64,000 nucleotides of DNA. It comes from Bacteroidia bacterium (GTDB lineage Bacteria; Bacteroidota; Bacteroidia; NS11-12g; UBA9320). Both the position numbers and the translations under genes were made by a program. Below, piece by piece: positions 31,207-40,523 of the stretch. Numbering within the stretch: the first letter of the stretch is position 1; every line of letters starts with the position of its first letter. The DNA is taken from positions 128,001 through 192,000 of the forward strand of contig CBDCFW010000001.1 of the NCBI GenBank assembly GCA_965216465.1, in the 5' to 3' direction. Below the pieces are notes generated by a model. It was given only the letters and a program-made list of their open reading frames with translations, had not been told where the DNA came from and did no database searches.

Positions 31207-32586
31207 TTAAACTATAAGTTCTTTAATGTCCAATTTAATCTTATTGGCTAAACTGTCTGCCACACGAAGTGTAGATCCTTCAGCATAAATACGGATTATT
31301 GGTTCTGTATTTGACTTTCTAAGATGCACCCACTCTTGATCAAACTCTATTTTAACACCATCAATAGTATTAATAGGTTGGCTTTTGTATTTCTCTTGAA
31401 GCTTATCAAGAATTAAGTCTACATCGATATCTGGAGTAAGGTCTATTTTATTCTTGCTGATAATGTAACTTGGGTAAGAAGCTTTTAAGTGACTCATTGG
31501 GCGGTTGCTCGTTGCCAAATGGCTTAAGAACAAGGCAATACCTACCAACGCATCTCTACCGTAATGTAATTCTGGATAGATTATCCCGCCATTTCCTTCT
31601 CCTCCTATCACAGCATTTACCTCTTTCATCATCTTAACAACGTTCACCTCTCCTACTGCACTGGCTGAATAACTACCGCCATTTTTCTCTGTAACATCAC
31701 GCAAGGCACGCGTAGATGAAAGATTTGAAACTGTATTTCCTTTATTATGGTGCAACACGTAGTCAGAAACGGCTACAAGGGTATACTCTTCGCCAAACAT
31801 CTCACCATCTTCATTCACAAATGCCAGTCGATCAACATCTGGATCGACTGTAATGCCTAAATGGGCTTTGTTTGCCAATACTGCTTCAGATAAGTCTTTT
31901 AAGTGTTCTGGAAGTGGTTCTGGATTGTGCGGAAAATGTCCTGTTGGTTCACAATAAAGTTCAACAATATTGTTAACTCCTAGTGCTTTTAGAAGCTTAG
32001 GCACTGCAATTCCTCCGCTCGAGTTAACTGCATCAACAGCTATAGTGTAGTTCTTTTCTCTTATTGCTTCTACATTGACTAATGGTAGTTTTAAGATCTC
32101 TTCAATGTGCCAATCGATGTAACCTTCCTTTTGCGTGTAGCTTCCAATATCATCAATCTCGTTGTAGTTAAAATCAGACTCTTTTACACGAGCAATGATC
32201 TCTTCGCCGAGTTCTGATGATATGAATTCTCCCTTTTCGTTTAATAACTTAAGAGCATTCCATTGCTTAGGGTTATGGCTCGCAGTAAGTATTATACCTC
32301 CGGCTGCTTGTTCATTCACCACGGCCATTTCAACAGTAGGAGTCGTTGAAAGTCCGAGGTCAACTACTTCGACACCCTTACTGATCAAGGTTCCGCAAAC
32401 AAGCTGATTAACCATTGATCCTGAGAGTCTTGCATCTCTACCAACAACAATTTTTTTATTCTCAGTGTTTGCGATTACATCTGCGAAAGCAGTGGTGTAT
32501 TTCACAACATCTATAGGGGTTAACGATTCATCTTCGCGGCCGCCAATAGTTCCTCTAATTCCAGATATAGATTTAATTAAGGTCAT
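31207..32586 (-). CDS. glmM: Phosphoglucosamine mutase (Bacteroidota type)
   Basis: SISGIRG, TASHNP, DPDVDR, GGEGNGG, RKSNTEP. Confidence 0.88.
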   Translation of the reverse strand: MTLIKSISGIRGTIGGREDESLTPIDVVKYTTAFADVIANTENKKIVVGRDARLSGSMVNQLVCGTLISKGVEVVDLGLSTTPTVEMAVVNEQAAGGIILTASHNPKQWNALKLLNEKGEFISSELGEEIIARVKESDFNYNEIDDIGSYTQKEGYIDWHIEEILKLPLVNVEAIREKNYTIAVDAVNSSGGIAVPKLLKALGVNNIVELYCEPTGHFPHNPEPLPEHLKDLSEAVLANKAHLGITVDPDVDRLAFVNEDGEMFGEEYTLVAVSDYVLHHNKGNTVSNLSSTRALRDVTEKNGGSYSASAVGEVNVVKMMKEVNAVIGGEGNGGIIYPELHYGRDALVGIALFLSHLATSNRPMSHLKASYPSYIISKNKIDLTPDIDVDLILDKLQEKYKSQPINTIDGVKIEFDQEWVHLRKSNTEPIIRIYAEGSTLRVADSLANKIKLDIKELIV

Positions 32587-32683
32587 CTAGTTTAGGTTTC
32601 TAATATCTATCGCAAAGGAAGTTTGTTTGCCGAACTAACGGGCATTTTCGTACCAAAACATATACTCATTTTAGTGTGGATTA

Positions 32684-33361
32684 CTATTTAAACCAAAATG
32701 TAAATCCAGCGTTTCCAAATGTGTCTGCGACACCAAATACAATTACTCCTCCTTCGGTAAAATCTCCTTCAGTTTGATTCACTAAGCTCGCTACATTCGT
32801 TTCTACAAAAAAACTAATTCTAATTCCAGACTCAGCAAAAAGAGAAAGATATTGAGTTGGGAAGTACTCACCCCTTAAGCCTAAGCCAATAATGGTGGAA
32901 GTAAAATCTTCTTCACGATCATCGAAACCGCTTACAGAACTTGTTGCAGTACCGTTGAATATATCAACACCCAGTACCGGAGATATAGTAACACTTTGAT
33001 CTTGGCCAAGTTTAATTAAGGGTGCTTGAACACCTAGTTTAATTATAGTTCCGGTTGTCTTCACTTGACTAAATGTGTTAAAATCAGATTCGCTTCTTCG
33101 CTTGGATGACATCACGCCAAATCCTCCATTAATAATCAAATCATCAAGTAAAAAGTACCGTAAATTAACAGCACCTCCTCCATTACTTGTTTTATAAGTA
33201 AAGTTTGAAGGTTCTCCGGTTTCCGAGTTCGAGTATCCTAGGCTAACATCTGCTCCAATGCCAAAACGGCCTTTCTTGTTTGCCCAATTGGGACTGGTTG
33301 TTTGTCCAAAACAAAGTGATGATACTGCGAATAGAAATAATAAGGTTAAAAATTTTTTCAT
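32684..33361 (-). CDS. Outer-membrane beta-barrel protein
   Basis: Signal peptide, alternating strands, aromatic C-terminus (FTFWFK). Confidence 0.75.
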   Translation of the reverse strand: MKKFLTLLFLFAVSSLCFGQTTSPNWANKKGRFGIGADVSLGYSNSETGEPSNFTYKTSNGGGAVNLRYFLLDDLIINGGFGVMSSKRRSESDFNTFSQVKTTGTIIKLGVQAPLIKLGQDQSVTISPVLGVDIFNGTATSSVSGFDDREEDFTSTIIGLGLRGEYFPTQYLSLFAESGIRISFFVETNVASLVNQTEGDFTEGGVIVFGVADTFGNAGFTFWFK

Positions 33362-33436
33362 GGTTGTGTTAGTTGGTCTTCTTCAATTTTAACAATTTTT
33401 CTTCAATGCATCAACGCAACTAATATTAACCTTTCT

Positions 33437-34459
33437 TTGAAGCATATGATAAAGATTGCGTGGTCTCTAGCATTAATCCTTGCTTTTTCCTGCACACCCA
33501 TTAAAGAAAAGGAATCGTATAGTGTGGCATTTTATAACGTCGAGAACTTGTTCGACACAATTAACAACCCACGTACATACGACGATGATTACACACCTAA
33601 TGGGAATCGCCAATGGAATACAGAACGTTATAAGACCAAAGTACTCAATCTTTCGAACGTGTTATCTGGGATTGTAGATGGCTATCCAGCCGATTTTGTT
33701 GGATTGTGTGAAGTGGAAAATAAAGAAGTGGTTATGGACCTTATTCATCAACCTGGATTAGAAAACACCTTGTACGATGTAGTTCATTACGACTCGAAAG
33801 ATGAACGCGGTATGGACGTAGCATTTATTTACAACAGCTTGGTTTTTACAGCCACAGAATCGAAGTCACTACCCATAGACATGAGTGAATGGAGAGACTA
33901 TACACGCGACATACTGTACGTCAAGGGCAACCTTGCCAACGGTGAGGAGTTGCACTTTTTTGTAAACCATTGGCCGAGTCGACGAGAAGGCCGTAAGAAA
34001 TCAGAGCCCAAACGGATGCAAGCAGCCAAAGAATTGAATAAGTACAAACAAGAAATCTTAAACCTTGATCCCAACGCTAAAATCATCGTGATGGGCGACT
34101 TCAATGATGAACCCTCAAACCGAAGTATCTCAGACGGATTAAATTCAACTTCAGTAGTTTATGAAGTAGGTGATGGACTATACAATACCATGGCTGATTT
34201 GGAAGAGCAAGATCTTGGAAGCTATAAGTATGGCAGATGGTGGGATATGTTAGACCAGATTATGTTGAGCAATGCATTGATGACCACAGATACAGGTCAA
34301 GTCTCTTATCAGCTAAACTCGGCCAGTATTTATTCTGAAGAATGGATAGTACAACACGGGAAATACGAAGGATCGCCGCTTCGAACCTTCGGTGGTAAGA
34401 ATTATTTAGGTGGATTCAGCGACCATTTCCCTGTTTATATCAAGTTGATAATCAATTGA
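33437..34459 (+). CDS. Endonuclease/exonuclease/phosphatase family lipoprotein
   Basis: FYNVENLFD, NHWPSR, GDFND, LDQI, SDHFP. Confidence 0.9.
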   Translation: MKHMIKIAWSLALILAFSCTPIKEKESYSVAFYNVENLFDTINNPRTYDDDYTPNGNRQWNTERYKTKVLNLSNVLSGIVDGYPADFVGLCEVENKEVVMDLIHQPGLENTLYDVVHYDSKDERGMDVAFIYNSLVFTATESKSLPIDMSEWRDYTRDILYVKGNLANGEELHFFVNHWPSRREGRKKSEPKRMQAAKELNKYKQEILNLDPNAKIIVMGDFNDEPSNRSISDGLNSTSVVYEVGDGLYNTMADLEEQDLGSYKYGRWWDMLDQIMLSNALMTTDTGQVSYQLNSASIYSEEWIVQHGKYEGSPLRTFGGKNYLGGFSDHFPVYIKLIIN

Positions 34460-34482
34460 ACAAATAAGCGTTTAAAAAACTA

Positions 34483-34490
34483 TACATTTG
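34483..34490 (+). promoter_or_regulatory. -7 promoter element (TACATTTG) of rnpB
   Basis: TAnnTTTG match immediately upstream of the P1 helix. Confidence 0.7.
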
Positions 34491-34491
34491 C

Positions 34492-34857
34492 AAAGCAAAA
34501 TGGCTTATCGCTTCATTGATTTTTGATGAAGAGGAAAGTCCGGGCAACACAGGGCAGTGCACCTTTGGAAACAGAGGGTATCGCAGCAGAAATGAGGTGA
34601 TAACAGAAAGTGTAGCAGAAAATTACCACCAGTATTTTACTGGCCAGGGTGAAAACGTGAGGTAAGAGCTCACGCATTTAGGTGGCAACATCTATTTGGT
34701 ACAAACCTTGCACGTTGTAAAACCAAGTAAACTAAAGCTTGAGGGCGGCCCGCTCAAATTCTTCGGAATGCTTTAGAGGGTAGGTTGCGTAGATAAATGA
34801 TAGGCTCTTATCACACTTTGTGCGGTATAGACAGAACCCGGCTTATAGTTTTGCTTT
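34492..34857 (+). ncRNA. rnpB: RNase P RNA (bacterial type A)
   Basis: Universal GAGGAAAGTCC and ACAGAACCCGGCTTAT motifs, GGTAAGAG loop, terminal P1 helix AAAGCAAAA/TTTTGCTTT. Confidence 0.95.
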
Positions 34858-34879
34858 TTATAACATACTAAACCTTAAT

Positions 34880-36241
34880 ATGGCAAGAATATTAATTGTA
34901 GACGACGAAGAAAGTATCAGAGAAACGCTAAAAGAAATTTTAGACTACGAGGGATACGAAATTGAAGAAGCTCCAGATGGAGAGAAGGCTCTATCGCTAA
35001 TTAAGAAATTTAATTACGATGCTGTTTTGGCTGACATCAAAATGCCTAAGCTTGATGGACTCGAATTGCTTGAAAAAGCAAAAGAAGTAGCACCTGAACT
35101 TCCATTTATTATGATCTCTGGTCATGGTACCATGGAAACAGCGGTAGAAGCAACTAAAAAAGGAGCATTTGACTTTATTAGTAAACCTCCAGATTTAAAT
35201 AAGCTCTTAATCACCGTTCGTAACGCAGTAGATAAAAACAACTTAGTTATTGAGACTAAGGTGTTAAAGCGTAAGATTACCAAAACCCGTCCAATTATTG
35301 GAGATGCTCCAAGCATCAAAAAAATAAAGCAGACCATCGAGAAGGTAGCTCCTACTGATGCGCGTGTAATGATTACTGGAGAAAACGGTACAGGTAAGGA
35401 ACTTGTAGCACGTTGGATTCACGAAAAAAGTAACCGCTCAGACAAGCCTATTATCGAAGTTAACTGTGCCGCGATTCCATCAGAACTTATTGAAAGTGAG
35501 CTTTTTGGACATGAAAAAGGTTCATTTACTTCTGCAGTTAAGCAGAAGCTGGGTAAGTTTGAAAAAGCGAATGGCGGAACGCTCTTCTTAGATGAGATTG
35601 GAGACATGAGTCTTTCTGCTCAAGCCAAAGTTTTGAGAGCGTTACAAGAGAATAAAATTACGCGTGTTGGTGGTGAGAAGGACATTAATGTAGATGTTCG
35701 TGTTATCGCTGCGACCAATAAAGATTTGATGCACGAAATTCAAGAAGGTAACTTCAGAGAAGACCTCTACCATAGAATTTCGGTGATTGTAATTCACGTT
35801 CCTACGTTAAATGAAAGAGTATCTGATATTCCAACGCTTGCAGAAAAATTTATGGAAGAAATCTGTCAAGACAATGGAATAAATAAAAAGCAGATTACTG
35901 CTGGAGCAATGGATGCTCTGAAAAACATTTACTGGAGTGGTAATATTCGCGAGTTGCGTAACATTATTGAACGATTGATCATCTTATGCGACCAGAAAAT
36001 TACAGAGGAAGATGTTCAGTTATATGCCAACAACGGTAAAAAGAAACCAGGTACAATTGATGCTATCAATGAGTTTTCTCGTTTCCAAGACTTCAAAGAC
36101 TATGCTGAGAAAATGTTTATCGATGCCAAATTGAAGAAGAACAATTGGAACGTAGCTAAGACCGCTGCAGAAATCGACATTCAAAGAAGTCACTTGTACA
36201 ATAAGATTGATAAGTTTAGTCTTAAGCGTGACAAAAAATGA
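34880..36241 (+). CDS. Sigma-54-dependent response regulator (NtrC/NtrX-like)
   Basis: Receiver domain (VDDE, DIKMP), GENGTGKE, ESELFGHEKGSFT, C-terminal HTH. ATG at 34880; the longer ORF call overlaps rnpB. Confidence 0.93.
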   Translation: MARILIVDDEESIRETLKEILDYEGYEIEEAPDGEKALSLIKKFNYDAVLADIKMPKLDGLELLEKAKEVAPELPFIMISGHGTMETAVEATKKGAFDFISKPPDLNKLLITVRNAVDKNNLVIETKVLKRKITKTRPIIGDAPSIKKIKQTIEKVAPTDARVMITGENGTGKELVARWIHEKSNRSDKPIIEVNCAAIPSELIESELFGHEKGSFTSAVKQKLGKFEKANGGTLFLDEIGDMSLSAQAKVLRALQENKITRVGGEKDINVDVRVIAATNKDLMHEIQEGNFREDLYHRISVIVIHVPTLNERVSDIPTLAEKFMEEICQDNGINKKQITAGAMDALKNIYWSGNIRELRNIIERLIILCDQKITEEDVQLYANNGKKKPGTIDAINEFSRFQDFKDYAEKMFIDAKLKKNNWNVAKTAAEIDIQRSHLYNKIDKFSLKRDKK

Positions 36242-37185
36242 TAGGCACGGATGTGTCTGTTGCAGCTAAGCTTTTGCAAAAAGGTGAAGTTGTAGCCATT
36301 CCCACCGAAACAGTTTATGGTTTAGGGGCAAATGCTCTAGACCCAAGCGCTGTCACTAAGATTTATCAAACCAAGGAACGTCCTTCGTTCAATCCATTAA
36401 TTCTTCATCTTCCAAATTTAGAAGCAGCAAGGCCTTATATTCAGGATGTTCATCCTATGGCTCAACAATTGGCTGACCGATTTTGGCCAGGCAGCTTGAG
36501 CTTGCTATTTCCAAAAACAGACATGGTTCCTGATATTGTTACTGCTGGATTGCCCAATGTGGTTATACGCGTCCCAAATCATGAATTAACGTTGCAATTA
36601 TTGCAGGAAGTAAAATTTCCGGTCGCAGCACCAAGTGCCAATATATCGAATACCGTTAGTCCAACTTCCGCAGAGCGGGTTCAACAGAACTTAGGTGATA
36701 AGATAGAGTACATTTTAGATGGCGGACCATGTACGGTTGGAGTGGAAAGTACAATCGTTTCCTTTGTTGATGATGAAGTTACGATTTTGCGTGAAGGAGG
36801 AATTAGCAAGGAAGAAATCGAAGCGGAGTTAGGAATTTCGGTATCGTATAAGAAGGCAAAAGAGGTTACTGCACCGGGCCAGCTTAAACGTCACTATGCG
36901 ACTCGAAAGCCGCTTTATGTTGTTGACGACATCGAAGAGGCCATGCTCAGCTTTAGGGATAAGAAGGTTTCGGCCATGTTGTTTGAAACCAAGCAGATTA
37001 AAGCCAATAAGGTATACCTCCTCTCCCACAACTACAATCTATCGGAAATAGCCATCAATTTATTTGAGATGATGAATAAGGCAGACGAAGACAATAGTGA
37101 AATCATCTTAGTAGAACGTATCAAAGAAGAGGGAATTGGAAAGGCTATCGCAGATCGTTTAAGAAGGGCGAGCACTGAGCTCTAA
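36238..37185 (+). CDS. tsaC: L-threonylcarbamoyladenylate synthase (Sua5 type)
   Basis: PTETVYGL, K.RP..NPLI, APSAN, GVEST, APG...HY, DRL.RA. Confidence 0.92.
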   Translation: MIGTDVSVAAKLLQKGEVVAIPTETVYGLGANALDPSAVTKIYQTKERPSFNPLILHLPNLEAARPYIQDVHPMAQQLADRFWPGSLSLLFPKTDMVPDIVTAGLPNVVIRVPNHELTLQLLQEVKFPVAAPSANISNTVSPTSAERVQQNLGDKIEYILDGGPCTVGVESTIVSFVDDEVTILREGGISKEEIEAELGISVSYKKAKEVTAPGQLKRHYATRKPLYVVDDIEEAMLSFRDKKVSAMLFETKQIKANKVYLLSHNYNLSEIAINLFEMMNKADEDNSEIILVERIKEEGIGKAIADRLRRASTEL

Positions 37186-37196
37186 CACACTCTAAA

Positions 37197-37245
37197 CTCA
37201 AACTCTTGCTCAAAACTCTTGCTCAAAACTCTTGCTCACACTCAA
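37197..37245. repeat. Three tandem copies of a 13-bp unit (AAACTCTTGCTCA) ending in the left arm of a 17-bp inverted repeat
   Basis: CTCTTGCT occurs at 37203, 37216 and 37229. Confidence 0.85.
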
Positions 37246-37256
37246 ACCTTAACCCC

Positions 37257-37397
37257 CTAAATATTCCAAATCAGAATTTCATCTGACTCGTTGTAGGAGT
37301 CTTCTGTAGAGGAGTAGTCGTCTGGATTGATGATTTTCATCATGCAAGTGCTTTCAGGATTTTCTGTAGCTTGCTTTATGAGTTCGTAGTATGACAT
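37257..37397 (-). CDS. Unannotated 46-aa acidic small protein MSYYELIKQATENPESTCMMKIINPDDYSSTEDSYNESDEILIWNI
   Basis: Intact ATG-TAG frame translated by hand; TAGCTTTG (-7 box) at 37419-37426 on the same strand. Confidence 0.55.
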   Translation of the reverse strand: MSYYELIKQATENPESTCMMKIINPDDYSSTEDSYNESDEILIWNI

Positions 37398-37567
37398 AGT
37401 GAATTAAAATCGTTGCTTCAAAGCTAGCGAGTTATGAAATGAACTTATACATCATTTTCTACACATAATGTGTATAGAATTGGATAGCGGACGGTTTGAT
37501 GAAGTCTTCTTACTTCGTCGTAATGCCTTAATCAACCAATTTAAGCTCTCTCGAAAAGGACATAGAG

Positions 37568-37584
37568 TTGAGTGTGAGCAAGAG
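37568..37584. repeat. Right arm of a perfect 17-bp inverted repeat (partner 37229-37245)
   Basis: TTGAGTGTGAGCAAGAG is the reverse complement of CTCTTGCTCACACTCAA. Confidence 0.85.
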
Positions 37585-37719
37585 AGTGAGAGTACGAATT
37601 CTACCTATTCAAGGTCTCTTGGAGAGGACCTTGAAGAGTCAAATGCCTACTTATTAAACCTACATGGTAAAATCATTCACCAACCTTTGCTATATTCGAT
37701 TCCTGAACTTCTTTAATAA

Positions 37720-37905
37720 ATGGAAAACCTCTACTTCATCTTCAAAGAAACCACTGCAATATTCATTATTTGGGTAGTTGCAGAGCTTATTTTCATGTAC
37801 AAGGACATTGCTCCAAAACAACGATGGAGGTACCGAACTTGGGTACTGGCTAGTGCAGTTTTTATTGGAGTTGCTGTTTATTTGGTTTGGAGGTCGAATT
37901 TCTAG
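37720..37905 (+). CDS. Small 2-TM membrane protein
   Basis: 61-aa ORF with two hydrophobic helices and a basic loop. Confidence 0.55.
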   Translation: MENLYFIFKETTAIFIIWVVAELIFMYKDIAPKQRWRYRTWVLASAVFIGVAVYLVWRSNF

Positions 37906-37960
37906 GTACCAAGTAATTAAGATCCCTAATGTAGACCTTTGATTAGGATTTCGTTGCATC

Positions 37961-38266
37961 CTAGTAACTCAACAGTATTCCGCAAATGGTGAAAACACCA
38001 AAAGCAACCCAAAACAAGATTGAAAGAAATCTCACATGCTTAGGTTGTATGGCTAAATTTAAAGGATTTAATGCGTACCATTTTGAATAGTGAGTTTTCA
38101 TTAAAAAACCTTCATCCTTAAAATCACTTCTATACAAATAGATATAATGCAAAATATATTTGAGAGCAAACGCACCAAAAGCAGTTAGTCCAGAGTAAAA
38201 TGATATGTCATATATTAAGGGTTGCATCGAATTTTCAATAGAGCAATTATTCACCAAAATAAACAA
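37961..38266 (-). CDS. Small membrane protein (cargo in the repeat array; start uncertain)
   Basis: 101-aa ORF with two hydrophobic segments; a downstream ATG (MQPLIY) is possible. Confidence 0.5.
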   Translation of the reverse strand: MFILVNNCSIENSMQPLIYDISFYSGLTAFGAFALKYILHYIYLYRSDFKDEGFLMKTHYSKWYALNPLNLAIQPKHVRFLSILFWVAFGVFTICGILLSY

Positions 38267-38330
38267 TTTGAATTGAAACCAGCATAGTGCACCTTAAATG
38301 AGCTGAATCAAACAAGTGTACCAATATTTG

Positions 38331-38392
38331 CAGTCAGTGGGAGATTGAGGGCGAATGCAGATGATTCTACCTGCACTTCGCATTATAAGTTG
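38331..38392. repeat. Hairpin array element, copy A (diverged, core apparently inverted)
   Basis: CAGTCAGTGGGAGATTGAGGGCGA-ATGCAGATGATTCTACCTGCA-CTTCGCATTATAAGTTG. Confidence 0.85.
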
Positions 38393-38400
38393 TTTACTAT

Positions 38401-39534
38401 TTATCTAAACTGATCTCTAATTGCAGCAATTGATTTCCCAGAGTTTGAGATTATAAGATACCTTACATCAGACACTATTCTTTTAAACTCCTCGTCATCT
38501 GACAACTCATTTACCGAATCCAAAAAGTCAATTAACTCTATTTCTATGTCTTCTTGATAAAGTATCTGACTATTGTCTTCACTTAAATACTTCTTCAGAA
38601 TGGGAATCGCAATCTTGCTGAGTTCTACTGCTTTCATTCCATTTCTCACACTCAGTCCTTCCTCTTTTATTATTGAGCTCAAATAGTAGTAGTCATTAAT
38701 ATACGACTTGCCAAGTTCAGAAGTTGACAATTCTGCTCTGATATCATAGAAAGTAGACTTGTCAATAATCTTCCCTGACACTTTTTCAGCCTCATTAATG
38801 CCACAAGTTCTTCCATAGCAATCAAAAGTCCCATCTCCATTCGACATGCAGTTCATATCCGGTGCCTCAAAACAAGGGTATTGACAGCCTTCTTTGTCCT
38901 TCTTAGGCTTGTCTGGAACATCAGGAGCTTTTTTAGACTTTAAGTAATTAGCACCTAAAACTTGGTGCAGAAAAACTGCATGATCAGGGACTTCAAATTC
39001 ATAATTACTCCGCAATGAAACTGCAGAAAAGAAGCGTTGATCTAAGTCCATTTGTCTCGCGAAAACTACAAAATCGTTAGTTGAGATTGCGTCAACCTCG
39101 ATTGACTTAAATCGATATGAAAGCTCGTTGCAATCAAATCCATCAACATACAGTCTCCCTTCTTTCAGATAAAAATACAATGCAGCTCTACTGGAATCCA
39201 GATTTAATTTCTCGCTTTTATCAAGTCGATTATTGAAGTATAAGACAATTGAGATTGGAATATTCTCGTCATTCTTCTGTATAAGATTGAACAAGTCCAT
39301 CTTTTGAATAATTGAATCTTGTCCAGTATAGTGAAATGCTAGATGAAAATTATTGTTAGTGTTGCTCTTGTTTGCATAGTACACTTGAAAGGAAATGGCA
39401 GCGAGATCATCACCAAAAAGTGCTGCTTGTTTATCAGGTGAAAACGTGTCGCAAGAAGCACATGTCAATCGATTACTATCCTTACAACTGAAAAGGAGAA
39501 AAAGGGCTAAAAATGCTAATGTTATTTTTTTCAT
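38401..39534 (-). CDS. Lipoprotein with a Cys-rich linker and helical C-terminal domain (cargo)
   Basis: Lipobox LFSC; CQYPC..C..C..C cluster; 377 aa. Confidence 0.75.
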   Translation of the reverse strand: MKKITLAFLALFLLFSCKDSNRLTCASCDTFSPDKQAALFGDDLAAISFQVYYANKSNTNNNFHLAFHYTGQDSIIQKMDLFNLIQKNDENIPISIVLYFNNRLDKSEKLNLDSSRAALYFYLKEGRLYVDGFDCNELSYRFKSIEVDAISTNDFVVFARQMDLDQRFFSAVSLRSNYEFEVPDHAVFLHQVLGANYLKSKKAPDVPDKPKKDKEGCQYPCFEAPDMNCMSNGDGTFDCYGRTCGINEAEKVSGKIIDKSTFYDIRAELSTSELGKSYINDYYYLSSIIKEEGLSVRNGMKAVELSKIAIPILKKYLSEDNSQILYQEDIEIELIDFLDSVNELSDDEEFKRIVSDVRYLIISNSGKSIAAIRDQFR

Positions 39535-39598
39535 GTCTTCAAAATGAAAACAACAAGCTCACACATATTGTAGAAATTCTACTACTTCATTAGTTGTT

Positions 39599-39652
39599 TT
39601 AATAAAAATCTTTAACTCCCTTATATACTCTAAGCTTTTCAAAATCAAACAT
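39599..39652 (-). pseudogene. Truncated 5' stub of the four-helix-bundle gene (MFDFEKLRVYKGVKDFY*)
   Basis: The first 7 residues and the upstream spacer match the intact copies; it stops after 17 codons. Confidence 0.8.
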
Positions 39653-39667
39653 GTATATCAAAATTCA

Positions 39668-39728
39668 CAGTCAGTGCGAGAATGAGGGCGAATGCAGGTA
39701 GAAGCACCCGTGCTTCACACTCTAACTG
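39668..39728. repeat. Hairpin array element, copy B
   Basis: CAGTCAGTGCGAGAATGAGGGCGA-ATGCAGGTAGAAGCACCCGTG-CTTCACACTCTAACTG. Confidence 0.92.
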
Positions 39729-39732
39729 CATT

Positions 39733-40080
39733 CTACTTCTCCAACTTCCGTATTAGAGCATATAACATCTTAGACAGCTCTTCTGCTTTCTGATAGAGTG
39801 TAGAGTACTCTTTTATATTGAGTTTTGATTTATCTTTAAGTATGTCGCAAATAGCAACACATTCAAATACTGAACTTCTAGAAATAACATAGAAATTTCT
39901 TTTATCACGATTCGTAAATCGTCCTGTACCTTCAGCTATGTTTAAAGCGATACTAAGTGAAGCCCGCTTGAGCTGATTGGTAATTACTGAATCTGGTTTA
40001 CAGTTGTCTAATAGTTTCTCAATTTCAAAATGAAATTCTTTTGCTCGCTTATAGACTGTAAGTTTTTCAAAATCAAACAT
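39733..40080 (-). CDS. Four-helix bundle protein (23S rRNA IVS / Avd-like family), copy 1
   Basis: FEKL.VY..A, QL.RAS.SIALNIAEG.GR, F..ISRSS..EC signature; ATG at 40080. Confidence 0.92.
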   Translation of the reverse strand: MFDFEKLTVYKRAKEFHFEIEKLLDNCKPDSVITNQLKRASLSIALNIAEGTGRFTNRDKRNFYVISRSSVFECVAICDILKDKSKLNIKEYSTLYQKAEELSKMLYALIRKLEK

Positions 40081-40095
40081 GCATATCAAAATTCA

Positions 40096-40156
40096 CAGCC
40101 AGTGCGAGAATGAGGGCGAATACGGGTAGAATCACCCGCGCTTCACACTCTAACTG
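40096..40156. repeat. Hairpin array element, copy C
   Basis: CAGCCAGTGCGAGAATGAGGGCGA-ATACGGGTAGAATCACCCGCG-CTTCACACTCTAACTG. Confidence 0.92.
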
Positions 40157-40157
40157 T

Positions 40158-40508
40158 TTACTTCTTCTCCAACTTCCGTATTAGAGCATATAACATCTTA
40201 GACAGCTCTTCTGCTTTCTGATAGAGTGTAGAGTACTCTTTTATATTGAGTTTTGATTTATCTTTAAGTATATCACAAATAGCAACACATTCAAATACTG
40301 AACTTCTAGAAATAACATAGAAATTTCTTTTATCACGATTCGTAAATCGTCCTGTACCTTCAGCTATATTTAAAGCGATACTAAGTGAAGCCCGCTTGAG
40401 CTGATTGGTAATTACTGAATCTGGTTTACAGTTGTCTAATAGTTTCTCAATTTCAAAATGAAATTCTTTTGCACGCCTATAGACTGAAAGCTTTTCAAAA
40501 TCAAACAT
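40158..40508 (-). CDS. Four-helix bundle protein (23S rRNA IVS / Avd-like family), copy 2
   Basis: Near-identical to copy 1 (about 7 substitutions counted by eye, plus one extra terminal Lys). Confidence 0.92.
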   Translation of the reverse strand: MFDFEKLSVYRRAKEFHFEIEKLLDNCKPDSVITNQLKRASLSIALNIAEGTGRFTNRDKRNFYVISRSSVFECVAICDILKDKSKLNIKEYSTLYQKAEELSKMLYALIRKLEKK

Positions 40509-40523
40509 GCATATCAAAATTCA

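Noticed and set aside
34820-34879. N-terminal extension of the sigma-54 regulator ORF
   Set aside because: It overlaps the 3' end of RNase P RNA; the receiver domain starts at ATG 34880.
37468-37716. 82-aa plus-strand ORF
   Set aside because: It runs through the repeat and hairpin tract (VECEQESES comes from the hexamer repeats) and has no recognisable protein features.
39733-40508. Diversity-generating retroelement (because of the Avd-like proteins)
   Set aside because: No reverse transcriptase or TR/VR pair, and differences between repeat cores are not adenine-specific.
39733-40508. 23S rRNA intervening sequence
   Set aside because: No rRNA sequence flanks these genes.
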